A stretch of DNA of 64,000 nucleotides, from positions 7,812,001 through 7,876,000 of the forward strand of contig JBHGNT010000016.1 in the NCBI GenBank assembly GCA_043228905.1, written 5' to 3'. The notes beneath the pieces were generated by a model. It did no database searches. It was not told the DNA's origin and saw only the letters and a list, made by a program, of their open reading frames with translations. Numbering within the stretch: the stretch's first letter is position 1; each line of letters opens with the position of its first letter. The position numbers were made by a program, and so were the translations under genes. Positions 1 through 12,226 of this stretch are shown here, piece by piece. The DNA is from Azolla caroliniana. Taxonomy: Eukaryota; Plantae; Polypodiophyta.

Positions 1-895
1 GCACGAGCCGTTGTACTACTGTCGTGATCTCCGACATCTCGCGTTGTTCTTGTAGCATTCTCTCGAACATCATCATCATCATGTTCATCGCCTCTTGTTG
101 ATTCTCCATCTCCTTGCCACCCGCCTTCACGTCGGGTTCACCAACTGTGTCGTGCCTTTCGGCTCCGGATCGTTGCGTGAGTCGGGTGGGAACCACCGGG
201 GTTTTGGACTAGGAGGAGGAAGAATTTGAGACTATTATAATTATGAGTAGATTATTAGAAACTTGTGAATCCCACAAGTATAATGTATTTTATTGATTAA
301 TATTTATGTAAGAATATGTATTTAGATTGATAGAGAAAGATATAGAAATCTCGTGAATCCCACGAGTATAGTTTGTTAATTGGTGTTTTAGGAAATATAT
401 CCAATTTCCCAAATATTTCACACACTATTACATTGTGCTCCCCATCCTTATGTAGTGATGGGAGAGACTAAGCATAGCTACATGCTTTTTTTTCTAATAT
501 GTTCATGCACACTAAATATGCATGTGATGCTTTTCTAATCCTTGCTTTTATTTGCTAAATATAGTGCTCATGCACGCTAGATGTGCACGAGTCACTTTTT
601 AGTTGCTTACGTTTTTTTCTATAAAATATTCACACACTCTAAAAATGCACGATTTACCTTTTAATAAAGGTAAGCGCAAATAAAGCACTTATAGTTATTA
701 AATCTATTTATAGAACACTAAAGATAAGGTAGCATAATGGTAAGGTTGAGGTTTGGCTACGTGGAGGTACAGGGTTCGAATCCTGCCCTATGCACGTGAT
801 AAATATCTTGATATATTATTTTATTTATTTATATGTAATTAAATCGGTTATATTATTTTTACTTTTTCACGTAGTGTACGAAATACACTACGACA
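1..895 (-). mobile_element. LTR-like insertion (minus-strand start TGTCGTAGTG) truncating the copia RNase H; other end outside window
   Basis: Copia ORF homology stops at HFVRDC exactly at the ...CTACGACA|ACGC junction (895); same TGTCGT/ACGACA terminus as the solo LTRs at 13879 and 41942; AT-rich with internal duplication GTGAATCCCAC.AGTATA (~265, ~353). Confidence 0.6.
728..790 (+). ncRNA. tRNA-like / Pol III promoter module inside LTR (not a functional tRNA)
   Basis: A-box-like TAGCATAATGG and B-box GGTTCGAATCC at tRNA spacing, with a T-arm stem CAGG..CCTG; no convincing acceptor or anticodon stem. Confidence 0.55.
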
Positions 896-3800
896 ACGCA
901 GTCCCGAACGAAGTGATATCGAACGTCGATATGTTTGGAGGCGTTGTGGTGAACCGGATTTCTCGACAAGGCAACAGCACCTTGACTGTCGCTATAGACA
1001 ACTGGAGCCGAGTCATGGTCGACTTGCCGAAACGTGTGCGCCAGCCGGCCGAGCCACAAAGCTTCTTTTGCAGCGTCGGACGCAACTACATATTCTGCTT
1101 CGGTCGTTGAGGTCGCTGTGCACTCCTGAAGTTTCGACTTCCATGAAATTGCTCCATTGCCGAATTTGAAGCAGTATCCAGTTGTTGATTTCCGACTGTC
1201 TATACAGCCGGCGAAGTCCGAGTCGGTGTAACCGACTACGCCTGAGGTTCGGTTCGGACCGAAAAGAATGCCGTGGTCTTTTGTGCCAGCCAGATATTTG
1301 AACACATGCTTGACTGCGTTCCAATGCGATCGGCCAGGATTGTGCATAAATCTGCTAACGACTCCTACGGCATGAGAGATATCAGGCCGTGTCGCGACCA
1401 TCAGGTACATAAGGGAGCCGACTGCCGGTGCATACGGTACCGACTTCATATCTTCCCCCTCCGGACCGGATGTCGGGCAGTCTCGCTGAGAGAGCCGAAG
1501 ATTCATGGGGAGCGGGGTTGAAGCAGATTTGGCTGATTTCATGTTGAAGCGTTCCAAGACTCGTCCGATATAGTCGGTCTGAGACAAAAAAAGATGTCGT
1601 TTATCGCGATGCCGACTAATCTTCATGCCAAGGATGTGTCGTGCCGGACCGAGGTCCTTCATGGCAAACTTCAACCGCAGTTGCCGAATGAGATCGGCAA
1701 GTTCGCCCGCGTGGCGTCCAGAAATTAGCATGTCGTCCACGTAGATGATGAGGAAGATGGGTGATCCATCTTGAGCTGTGTTGGTAAAAAGACAATGGTC
1801 CTCATCGCTTTTTGAGAAGCCGATCGATTGGATGAAGTCGTCGAACTTCTTGTACCATTGTCGCGGTGCCTGTTTGAGGCCGTATAGACTCTTCCTGAGT
1901 CGGCAGACTAGATGTTCTTGGCCAGGTGCCACGAAGTCTTTTGGTTGCTCCATATAAATTTCCTCTTCAAGATCACCATGGAGGAAGGCTGTTTTGACAT
2001 CTAGCTGAATCAGCTCCAAGTTGTCGGCTGCCACTACGCCGAGTAAAAAACGAAGGGTTGTCATTTTCACCACTGGTGAAAAAATCTCATCGAAGTCGAC
2101 GCCATATTCTTGTCGGAAGCCCTTCGCAACTAATCTGGCCTTGTACTTTGGGGTGGTCGAATCAAACGTCTCTTTTAGTCGATAAACCCACTTGCAAGGA
2201 AGAGCACGTCGATTCTTAGGTAGTTCGACCAGATCCCAAGTCTTGTTTGCCCGAATGGAGTGCATTTCCGACTCCATCGCCAGATGCCAGGTGGCTGAAT
2301 CGACAGATGTCGATGCTTCTTCGTAAGACGTCAGTTCGCCGGCGTCGGTGAAGAAAATTCCAGGAGAATACCTCTCCGGAGGTTGCGACAGTCTCTCGGA
2401 TCGTCGAGGTATGATTGGACTGGTCGCATCGGGTATCGAGGTCAGATGGTCCGAAAGCGAATCATTCGGCTGTCCCGAGTCAGAGTTGTCTGAGTCGGTA
2501 GTGTAAGGTTCAGCTACCCGTGAAGCTGACCGTGTGTTAAGAGCGGGGCCTTCTTGAAGGGTCGGCACATCGGAAAATGTTACCCTTCGGACTTCGATCG
2601 GTTTTTCGACTGATGGGTTCATAGCCGACTCGTTGAACACAACGTCCGAACTTCGAACGATTTGTCTGCGTTCGGGGTCCCAGAGTCGGTATCCCATTTC
2701 GCCGTCGGATCCATATCCAAGGAAAATGCATTTCCTGGACCGAGGTGCAAGTTTTCGGCGATCATCTTTCGGAATAAGGGCGTATGCCTCGCATCCGAAG
2801 ATCCTCAGCTTGTCGTAATTCGGCTTACTGCCGATCCATAGTTCCTGAGGAATTTGAAGTCCTAGAGGTCTGCTTGGCGACATATTGATTATGTGTACTG
2901 CCGTGAGTAGAGCCTCTGCCCAGAAGCCATCCGACAGTCCGGAGTGTTGGAGCATAGAAACTATCCGTTCTTGGATTGTCCGATTCATGCGTTCGGCAAT
3001 CCCGTTTTGCTCCGGACAGTGTGGTGCCGTAAATTCACGTCGGATGCCGCGTTGTCGGCAGAATTTGACGAATTCTTCTGATTTGAACTCTCCCCCATTG
3101 TTGGTCCGAAAGCATTTCAGTTTTCGGTCAGTTTGATTTTCTACCATAGCGAGCCAATCGGAGAAGATCGAGAAGACACGATCTTTGGTGCGAATTGGAT
3201 AAGCCCACACCTTTCGAGTCGAATCGTCAATAAAACTGACGAAGTAAGAGGCACCGCCGAGAGACTGATGCGGCATTGGGCCACAGACGTCCGAGTGGAC
3301 TAAATCGAGAGGTCTCGTTTCTCTTGGTGCTGATGTCGGGTGTGATGCGGCTGCTTGTTTGCCATACTGGCAATGTTCGCAGAATTGATGGTCTGAGAAG
3401 GAGAGTTTAGGAATGTATCCGGCTCTAGATAGGTGCGTAATGCCGGCCTTGCTGAGGTGTCCTAATCTTCTGTGCCATAGTGATGACACGGGAATATCCA
3501 CCAAAAACAGGTTACCCTCTCTGAGCGTAACATGTAACGGATACAGTGAGTGTATCTTTGGTCCTCTAGCAAGCAGGAGGTTCCCCCTGTGGAGTGTCCA
3601 CCCTCCCGAAGAAAAATCGGCACGAATGCCGTCTTCATCTAGTTGTCCGATTGAGATCAATGGCCTTGAGAGCTCGGGTACATGTCGGACATTGTGAAGT
3701 ACAAGTGTAGAGCCACCTGCAAGGTTGAGCTCTACTGTGCCGATTCCAATGATGTCACAGTGTTGCGAGTTGCCGACTCGAACTGAGTCGGAGTGACGGA

Positions 3801-4794
3801 TCGTATATTGCCGAAATTGGGATCGATGAGGAGTCACGTGAAATGACGCGCCCGAATCTAAGAGCCATGTGCTCGATTCTTCAGTCGTGAGCAGAACTTC
3901 TGATCCGACTGGGTTTTCGATTGATAGTATATTCGGGTCGTTTGGTAGCACATCAGCTGAGAAGCTGACGTAATTGATCTCCTCATGCCGGCCACTCTTC
4001 TTGTCTGATTTCTGAGACTTGTCGTTCTTGTTCTTGAGTGCGCGGCAGTCGGCCTTGATGTGTCCGGGTTTCTTGCAATAGTTGCAGATTCGATTATCCC
4101 GTGACTGGCTCCGTCTTCGCTGATTGTTCGGCTGCCGTGAGGAATCTCTTCCTCGTATGTTCGATCGGTCTGTCGAACCTTGTACTACATAAGCGTCGTC
4201 TGTTGAGTCTTTGGCGAAAGACTTTCTCCGAGCTGCTTCGGTCAGGATTGCGCTCGTGACTTCAGAGTATTTAACAGCCGTGGTTGACGCGTTGCACACG
4301 GTTGTGACGAAAGTTTCCCATGATGAGGGAAGGCTACTCATGAGTATCATTGCTCTGAGTTCATCCTCGATTGCCGTCCCCTGAGATGAGATTTGGGAGC
4401 TTATGCTTTCGTACTCATTGAGATGTGCTTGAACCGAATCGGATTCTTTCATCCGCAAGTTGTAGAGGCGCCGGATCAGAAACATCTTTGTTGCAGCGAC
4501 CTTCTTTTCGTAAGTGTCCGACAGTGTTTTCCACAGTTCGAATGCTGTCGTACACGATTGCACCGTAAAGTATACCGATTCCGATAGGTGCATTCGAATC
4601 GTGGCGCGGACGATTCTGTCCAGCTTCTGCCACTCAATTGGTTTGTATCCTTCTGGAGGTTCTTCATTTTCGATGGGATCGATTTGCCCCTTGACTATGA
4701 GATAGTCCTGCATTTGCTCCTTCCAGAAGTTGAAGTTCGATCCATCGAACTTTCGTAGACTCATTTCTGACGAGCCGGATGTTGATGCCATCAA
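859..4794 (-). CDS. Ty1/copia gag-pol polyprotein (gag, CCHC, protease, integrase, RT, RNase H; C-terminus truncated by insertion)
   Basis: 1311-aa ORF with CNYCKKPGHIKADC, WLLDSGAS, HSDVCGP...QNGIAER, QLDVKTAFLHG, YVDDM, YTDSDFAG; PR-IN-RT-RH order. Confidence 0.97.
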   Translation of the reverse strand: MMASTSGSSEMSLRKFDGSNFNFWKEQMQDYLIVKGQIDPIENEEPPEGYKPIEWQKLDRIVRATIRMHLSESVYFTVQSCTTAFELWKTLSDTYEKKVAATKMFLIRRLYNLRMKESDSVQAHLNEYESISSQISSQGTAIEDELRAMILMSSLPSSWETFVTTVCNASTTAVKYSEVTSAILTEAARRKSFAKDSTDDAYVVQGSTDRSNIRGRDSSRQPNNQRRRSQSRDNRICNYCKKPGHIKADCRALKNKNDKSQKSDKKSGRHEEINYVSFSADVLPNDPNILSIENPVGSEVLLTTEESSTWLLDSGASFHVTPHRSQFRQYTIRHSDSVRVGNSQHCDIIGIGTVELNLAGGSTLVLHNVRHVPELSRPLISIGQLDEDGIRADFSSGGWTLHRGNLLLARGPKIHSLYPLHVTLREGNLFLVDIPVSSLWHRRLGHLSKAGITHLSRAGYIPKLSFSDHQFCEHCQYGKQAAASHPTSAPRETRPLDLVHSDVCGPMPHQSLGGASYFVSFIDDSTRKVWAYPIRTKDRVFSIFSDWLAMVENQTDRKLKCFRTNNGGEFKSEEFVKFCRQRGIRREFTAPHCPEQNGIAERMNRTIQERIVSMLQHSGLSDGFWAEALLTAVHIINMSPSRPLGLQIPQELWIGSKPNYDKLRIFGCEAYALIPKDDRRKLAPRSRKCIFLGYGSDGEMGYRLWDPERRQIVRSSDVVFNESAMNPSVEKPIEVRRVTFSDVPTLQEGPALNTRSASRVAEPYTTDSDNSDSGQPNDSLSDHLTSIPDATSPIIPRRSERLSQPPERYSPGIFFTDAGELTSYEEASTSVDSATWHLAMESEMHSIRANKTWDLVELPKNRRALPCKWVYRLKETFDSTTPKYKARLVAKGFRQEYGVDFDEIFSPVVKMTTLRFLLGVVAADNLELIQLDVKTAFLHGDLEEEIYMEQPKDFVAPGQEHLVCRLRKSLYGLKQAPRQWYKKFDDFIQSIGFSKSDEDHCLFTNTAQDGSPIFLIIYVDDMLISGRHAGELADLIRQLRLKFAMKDLGPARHILGMKISRHRDKRHLFLSQTDYIGRVLERFNMKSAKSASTPLPMNLRLSQRDCPTSGPEGEDMKSVPYAPAVGSLMYLMVATRPDISHAVGVVSRFMHNPGRSHWNAVKHVFKYLAGTKDHGILFGPNRTSGVVGYTDSDFAGCIDSRKSTTGYCFKFGNGAISWKSKLQECTATSTTEAEYVVASDAAKEALWLGRLAHTFRQVDHDSAPVVYSDSQGAVALSRNPVHHNASKHIDVRYHFVRDCVVVVYFVHYVKK

Positions 4795-5500
4795 ATTTGG
4801 TTTCGGTTGACGAAGCTCGGTTCGGAGTTGACTACGAACCTTGTTGGAGTGCAGCCGGTTGGCTCACCCGATATCGTTCTAGTCAGATTTGAACCCGAGT
4901 CGGTTCGGCTTCGGATATATGTATTGTTGAACTTGCTCGAATTGACTCCGGTAACTTGAGGGACAGAACCGACTGGTCTTCCCGAATGTTGCCGAGTCGG
5001 GGTGAGCCCGGTTCGCTTCCGAATATTTATGCCGAATACCGATTATTGAAACCGATTGTCTGGACCGATTCTGCTTCGGGTGGCTGCAGCGACGAGAGAG
5101 ACGGATCCAACTGATCTTCCCGAATGTCGATCAGCCGGATGAAGCACGAATTGGGGTTGTTGTCTTGAGACTGATCTGCACCGAGTGGTTACAATGAGCG
5201 GCGAGCAGCGTTTGATGACCTCTTCGGATGCCGTTTGACCGAGTGGAGCACGATCGTGTCAATGTTGCACAAGGGGATTTCACCTCGAGCGGTTACGATC
5301 ACAAGGAATCAGAGTACAACCTGCTGGCTTACTCCAAGCGAAGATGATCTAACGCGGTGAGATGCAAGCCTCGTTTTTCTTCTTCTTCTCTCTTCTCTGT
5401 TTCTTCGAATGACGCGAATACTGTGCAGGCTGTGATGAAGCGAAGAACCGAATGCTGTGCAGGCTGAGACGACGGCCGACAGCGGGTGTTGAGGAACCTA

Positions 5501-5512
5501 GCTCTAATACCA
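5501..5512 (-). promoter_or_regulatory. Primer binding site (tRNA-iMet type)
   Basis: Minus strand TGGTATTAGAGC, 2 nt inside the LTR end. Confidence 0.85.
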
Positions 5513-5514
5513 GA

Positions 5515-5601
5515 TGTTGGAGACAAGGCCGTCAATGCGGAAGAGCAAACACCATTCAATTCTGTTGAATACCTGCGTATGACAGTTTCAAGGTCGTGCA
5601 C

Positions 5602-5635
<34 letters not shown>

Positions 5636-5822
5636 GCACAAAGAGTCTTTCTATTCCATAAGACAATAATACAACCCCCAACCTTACAAAGAGGTTACAA
5701 GGTCACTATATATAGTGACCGACTTAGGGCAACTACCATTTATGTTAATTACACAAATGGCCCAAACTTGATCTTTACAAAGGGATAGTGTGAGTACGTC
5801 CATTATACACTTGTATTCGACA
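5515..5822 (-). repeat. 5' LTR of the copia element
   Basis: Minus strand TGTCGAATAC...CCAACA, TATA box, (CT)n tract, abuts the PBS; right flank resumes in gypsy gag. Confidence 0.85.
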
Positions 5823-8800
5823 CCCAAGGGGATATCGCAACAACAATGGTCTAAGGAGGTCAGAACTGAAATGTTTCAACTGCCAAGGCCCACATATGGT
5901 TAGCGAGTGCCTAACCAAATATGAATACTACAACCGGATGGCACAACGACCACAACACCCCCCCACTCAACACACCCCCACAACCACCGGCGCAAGGTCT
6001 CACCCAACAGACGCAGGATCTTATCGAATGGTTCCAACAAGAAGCATCATGCCCAAGGTGCGGTAAGGAACACTTAGTACCTGACTGCCCAGAAAAGAAG
6101 AAAAGGGCCGGCACAAATATGTTGTCCATTGTACCATCCACGATCGACGCCAACGTCATCACACGAGCCAAGCGAGTAGCTCACAATTTAAAATACCAAG
6201 ATCAAAGTCTCCCAGTGGCCACTCGTAAGAGACGAAAATCTAGAAAAAGTACATCCACGCAAGCCTCAAAACAAGATCAAGAACCGGAGGGAGACATAGA
6301 AACATTACTCGTCAATCCTAACCAAGAGCAATCGGCACACCTAGTGGCATACCCAAACCCAATAGCTGAGAAACAAAAGGTTGAAGAATACATTAAACTC
6401 ATATGCCACGAACAGTTCGAAAAATCACTTAGTCTCCCAAGCTTAAACTTCGACCAACCGGAGTAATGGGTAAACCCCTCACCTCCCCTCGTTGTCACAC
6501 CAACCGACACCCCCACCTGCCATCCTACCCCGATCAAAGAGGTCAACACAGCCCTACTACAACAAATCTTAAATTTAAGATTACGACTCACATTACGCGA
6601 AGTGCAGAGCTACACTGGCACCTTCGTAGCCGACAACCCCGTACTACGACCTCTACTCGCCAAGGAGATAGATTTCACACTTGAAGAACTACTCAAACTC
6701 GACATTCAACCGTGGCACAACGTCCTCCGATGCCTCAATGGTTGGCTATCAGCAAGGTATGGCAAAAGGATACACACCCATGCTCCTCATACGTCCACAG
6801 TCCTCAAGCAACCCGAAGGACCACCAGTCGATATACGCGAAGCTCACTTCGAGAGCGACGATACTAGTTTCACTCTACCAATCTGCGTCAATGATAAGAC
6901 GTGTGACGCAATCATTGACACCGAAGCAGGGGTAAGTATCGTCAGCTACGAATGTTGGTGTAAGTGGGGGAGCCCAAAAATGCTTCCTTCAGATGTCAAA
7001 CTACGAATGGCAAATGGGTCCATCCAAAGGCCGAAAGGCATGATCCTAGCCCATCACTTCACTATCCATGGAGTGGAGTTCAATCTCACCTTCGTCGTCA
7101 CAAGATCATCCAACCATGTGGCCTACGAGTGCTTACTAGGAAGACCATTCCTACGTATAAGTCGCCTGGTAATGGATTTTGGGAATGATATAATCTATAT
7201 GCGTAAAGACAACAAAACCTTTCGCATCAAAGCATACACACAAAAAGTGCATGAACAAGAAGGCAACCCTCTCATAGACGATTGTGCAGAAACCATTGAG
7301 TTCGAGAACAACCTCCTAGCGTGCAACCCCACAAAGACAATTCAACTCTTGGCCAGAGCCCAACCGTTCCCCCAAAAACCCGCCAATTCCAAAGAGGAGA
7401 ACGTACGTGAGAGAGACGACCAATTCGTCGCTTCTGAGACGTCAGAGATGAATTGGGTACACGCTCTTGCCACAACTGACGCCATGTACCCTATAGGTAC
7501 AAAGATTTGTGATGAAGACGAAGACACAATCTCTTGCTTCAACGTCACCACCCTCGGATCCCAGCGAAAACAAGTAGACGTAAAGGTAGAAGACCTGATC
7601 CAACAAGTCACATGTCCAGGTGACGCCACGACCACTCAGAAGACCTTGACAGAAGTGGACTTCCCAAAGCATTTCAAACTTGATGAACAAGAGAGTCAAG
7701 CAGTGTCTTGTAAGAGACCACAACGCACCCCCCAAAGCCTAGGAGAATTCTACGATGGACAGGCAAGGGTGAAAGAAATCAACCTCGGGAAAGGGACAGA
7801 CTCCAAACCAGTGTTCATAGCCGCATATCTCCAGTCGGACGAGGAGGCATCTTTGATCACCCTCTTCACAGAATTTAGCGACGTGTTCGCATGGTCGTAC
7901 GTCGATATGAAGGGGGTCCCAACTGAGGTCGTCACCCATAGTATCCCCATGCGAGCCGACGCCCGCCCAATCCGGCAACGACCACGCCCAATGAATCCTA
8001 ACTACGCCCAACAAGTAAAAGTCGGAATCAATAAAATGTTGGCCACAGGCATCATCGACCCGATTCGAACGAACTTCTTGGGTCTCCCCGATTGTAGTCG
8101 TCCCGAAGAAAAACGGCCAAATACGCATATGTGTCGACTATCGCCAAGTCAACGAAGCCACCATCAAGGACAACTACCTGGTTCCCTACATCGAGCATCT
8201 CCTTGAAAGAATTGTGGGAGCTGAAGCTTATAGCTTCATCGACGGGTTCTCGGGGTACAACCAAATCTCTGTGGTACTTGAGGATCAACACAAGACAGCC
8301 TTCGGCACCGAATTTGGTACGTTCGCGTATAAGAAAATGCCTTTCGGACTCACGAGTGCCTTGAGCACCTACCAAAGAGCGGCGGAACATATCTTCGCAG
8401 CAAGGTTACGACAAGGGGTGGAGTCTTATGTTGAAGACTTATGCTGCCATTCGAAGTGGCATGATCACATGGCGCTATTCCACTTGACGTTCGAAAAATT
8501 CTGGGCCTATCAACTCTCTCTCAACCCACTCAAGTGTCAGTTCTGGGTCAAGCACGGATTAATATTAGGGCACGTTGTGTCCCGCCATGGGATCTTGACC
8601 AATGAGGCAAAAGTAAAACTCATACTCGACATGCCACCTCCCATGAACGAGAAACAACTACGAGGGTTCATGGGATACACAAGTTACTATAGACGCTTCA
8701 TTAAGATGTTCACATACAAGGCCAAACCGCTCAACGCCCTACTAAAGCAGTTCGCTTGGACAAAAGAATGCACACACTCCTTCAAGCTCTTGAAAGAGTG

Positions 8801-10332
8801 CCTAACTAAGGTCCCCATCCTCCGGTCCCCAGATTGGACCAAAGAATTCCACGTTCACATCGACGCTTCCGCCTTCGCGATTGGTGCAGTGGTAGCTCAA
8901 CCCGGTGAAGGGGCACTCAACCTACCGGTCACCTTTGCTAGTCGCCAACTAAACGCCGCGGAACAAAATTACTCCACGACAGAATGGGAAGCTTTGGCCA
9001 TGGTTTACAACGTAAAAAAATTCCGCCACTACCTCTTAGCGTGATGGTTCTCGTTTTTTGTAGACCATCAGGCCCTACTCTACCTGGTAAATAAAATTCA
9101 CGCCACCGGACGAATCTCACGATGGATTGTAACGTTACTCGAGTTCGACTTCAAGGTAGTGGTGAGAAAAGGAAAAGATCATGTACTCACGATGGATTGT
9201 AACGTTACTCCTCCAGTCCAGCCTCTGGTGGCCAACACTTTTCATAGACACACACGAGTATGTACGCCGTTGTGATGAGTGCCAACGTTTCAAACACCCA
9301 CTAAAAGCGGATTTCAATACGTTAAACCCGGTGCTAGCATGGCAACCATTCGAGAAATGGGGTATCGACTTTATCGGCCCGATCAGCCTAGCTTCCAACC
9401 TCAACTGATACATAGGAACCGCCACTGACTACGCTACCAAGTGGGTAGAAGTTAAAGCTTGCATAAACACCAATGCGCGTAGCACCGCCAAGTTCCTATA
9501 TGAAAATGTCATAGTACGGTTTGGATGCCCGCTCGAAATCATTAGCGAGCAAGGCTCCCATTTCCTCAATGAAGTGATACCACATCTACTAGGCAAATTT
9601 ATGGTGACACACCGCAAGAGCTCTCCTTATTACCCAGATTGCAATGGGCAAGCGGAAAGCACGAATAAGGTGTTATGCGTAGTGCTCACAAAGACAATCG
9701 CCGCCTCACAGTCTAATTGGAGCACCAAACTCCAAGCAGTAGTGTATGGACAAGAAGCAGTATTACCCATCGAGTTCCTGGTCCCCAACGTCAGGATACC
9801 TGTACAAGAACGATGGGACGGGGACCCCCTCCTGTCACGTCTAGAGAACTTGGAACGGCTAACCGAAACTCGCCTTCTCGCGTTCCAAGCACTCTTGGCA
9901 GAGAAAGCCAATAGAAAGGTGTGGCACGACAATAAAGTAAGGAACAAAGATCTCGCTGAAGAAGACATGGCCCTCAAATTCGCCTCCCAACAGCACAAGA
10001 AGAAGCTTAAGTTACGTGGTGAGGGCCCATATGTGATCTCAAAGATTACCAAGACAGGAGCATGTTGCCTACACGTGCTCGAAGGCCTCGACGTCCCCAG
10101 ATTCATCAATGGGAGCAAGCTCAAACATTACGACGGACCCCTCACCCTTGAGGCTCTACTCGCGGCTCGGCAACGAGAAGTAGAAGCCAAACTTAAGGCC
10201 TCTGAAGGCCGAATGGCCCGGCTCGAAATCGACCTTCGCAATATGCAAGTGAAATTGAAGCGACAAGGGCACACCCATCCGGCAGCCATGGCTAAGGCGG
10301 TCAACTCTAATGAAGGAGCAATAAAACTATAG
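5823..10332 (+). pseudogene. Degenerate gypsy gag-pol
   Basis: CFNCQGPHMVSEC and CPRCGKEHLVPDC knuckles; AIIDTEAG...LLGRPFL protease; SFIDGFSGYNQI RT; HIDASAFAIG RNase H; KWGIDFIGP, NGQAESTNK and GPY integrase; several frameshifts and stops. Confidence 0.92.
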
Positions 10333-10680
10333 TGCTACATCAACGACATGCCTTTGACAACGGTAATCGACACAGGAGCATCACTAACCCTTTTCTCCTT
10401 CAAAACATGGGGACGTCTAGGTTGCCCAGACCTTGAAGTGTGCAACGACAACTTCCATGGCTTCGATGGTTCCACATCATGCTGCTTGGGAACCTTTGTG
10501 TGTAACATCAAGATAGAATACAACGCCCACTCAATCTGAGTTCGAGTACTCCCACCCGAGGTGATGTACACACAATGCCTCCTCGGTCTAGAATGGTGTC
10601 GCATAAGCGAATGTCTCCTACCACCCTGCAAGCACATTCTCTCCTTCCAAACAGGGAATGGAATGAAGTCCGAAGACCTC
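10315..10680 (+). pseudogene. Second retropepsin-like aspartic protease domain downstream of integrase
   Basis: In frame with the integrase tail after one TAG: INDMPLTTVIDTGASLTLFSFKTWGRLG...GFDGS...LG...CLLGLEW, paralleling the first protease (IIDTEAGVSIVSYECWCKWG...CLLGRPF). Confidence 0.75.
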
Positions 10681-12226
10681 ATTGTAACAACACTCGAATC
10701 ACGCCCTGTTGACCTCGATGACCCCCAAGGCATGGAGTTGCCCAACCAAACAACATGCCAACACCCACCAGCCATTCATGACCAGCGCGACGCTAACATC
10801 AGAACACTGACACCCAAACCACGTGAATGGGTGAATGTCCACGCGGTTTTTGCTGAAGGGCCTCGTTGTGGAGAACCTGCCATGTGGCGAGTCAGAAAAA
10901 CATTCACAACTGCACAAGGTTGGCACAAAGGCGCCACTAACTTTTGGGTCTCGAAACGAAGCTGGCTCCCCAGTCACGATCATACCACGCCCACATGGGA
11001 CACCCGCAAATCGCACACATCAGTCAAATATCCCGCCCAGGTTAAGGTCACAGAAGTTGACAAGCCTAAACAACTAAGAGGCCACACACCCCATAGAAGG
11101 GCTTCACAAACCCTCCCCATCCCTTTGACAAACATGTCGCAAGTCTGGGTCCTTAAACGTCATAGGCCTGGAGCCTCGAACGATACCCGAACGACACTCC
11201 CCCCACATTCACCCCCTCAAGGCTCCCCAAAAGCTCTTAATTTCCCTAGTCCCTCCCTACACTCCCCGTGGACCCCCGTTCAACCCCACCGCCCGCATAG
11301 GCACTTTGGCCACCTCGCAGCTTTTAACTCACACCTTCTCTCATACCACCCCGACCATCAATTACTCGACTCGCCTCCCCTCTTGACCTCTGATAGACCA
11401 TAATCCCCTCTAATGTACGTATGCGTCTCGTCGAGTTACCCTTTAGGTCTAGGGGTACCATGAACAATTACCTTCCATTATTTATGACGGCTGAGTTATT
11501 TTGGGTGCAACTCGTACTACGCCACCTCGGGTTTCTACCATTCGTTTTACCCTTGGTTTTTTTTTGGGGTCGACTCGGTTGTTTTAACTATTATCAACAT
11601 TCTATTCTTTTCCTTCGATTGTTTTTCCTCTCTCCCCACCTCACGTCGTTTTCTTGCGGCCTCACGTTTCCCTTGGTTGTCCCCTCGTTCCCTTGGTTCG
11701 TTCCTCTTTTTTCTCTTTCCCCCCCTCTCTCTCTTTTGTTAGCCGTTCTTTTTTCTTGTTTTCCCCCTCCCTCTCATGACCCTCTCCATTTTCTGTAGCA
11801 TTCTCCCTTCTCCCCCCTCACATCCTTTCCTTCCTCCACCCCGTCACCACTATCTCTGTTCGGCACGATCCCCCATCCACCCTTGGCATTCTCGCTCCTA
11901 CCCCGTACGTCGCTTGCTCCGACCGCCGCCTCGTCTCCTACATGCCTGGACTACCTACGCCTCGGGTAGGCCTCCTCTTTGCCCTCTCGTTTCTCAATTC
12001 ATTTTCTTGCCTGCACTAGTCCACGAAACGCCATGCACTTCGCCCCTCTGTGGCGGCCATGGTAGCGGCCACGTCGTTTCCTCCCCTCCTCATGTCGCTG
12101 GCCATTAATGGGCCACGTCGTTTCCCCCCCGTGGCAGCCATGACGGCGACCCCGTCGTTTCCACACCTCCTCACGTCACTGGCCATTAACGGGTCACTTC
12201 GCCTCGTTGTTTTGCGTTCACACGGG

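Noticed and set aside
728-790. Functional tRNA genes here and at 42265-42330 and 46675-46750
   Set aside because: Only the D- and T-loop boxes are retained; acceptor and anticodon stems do not fold convincingly.
790-5788. Numerous short antisense or alternate-frame ORFs overlapping retroelement genes (here and throughout the window)
   Set aside because: Shadows of the long GC-balanced pol reading frames with no independent motifs.
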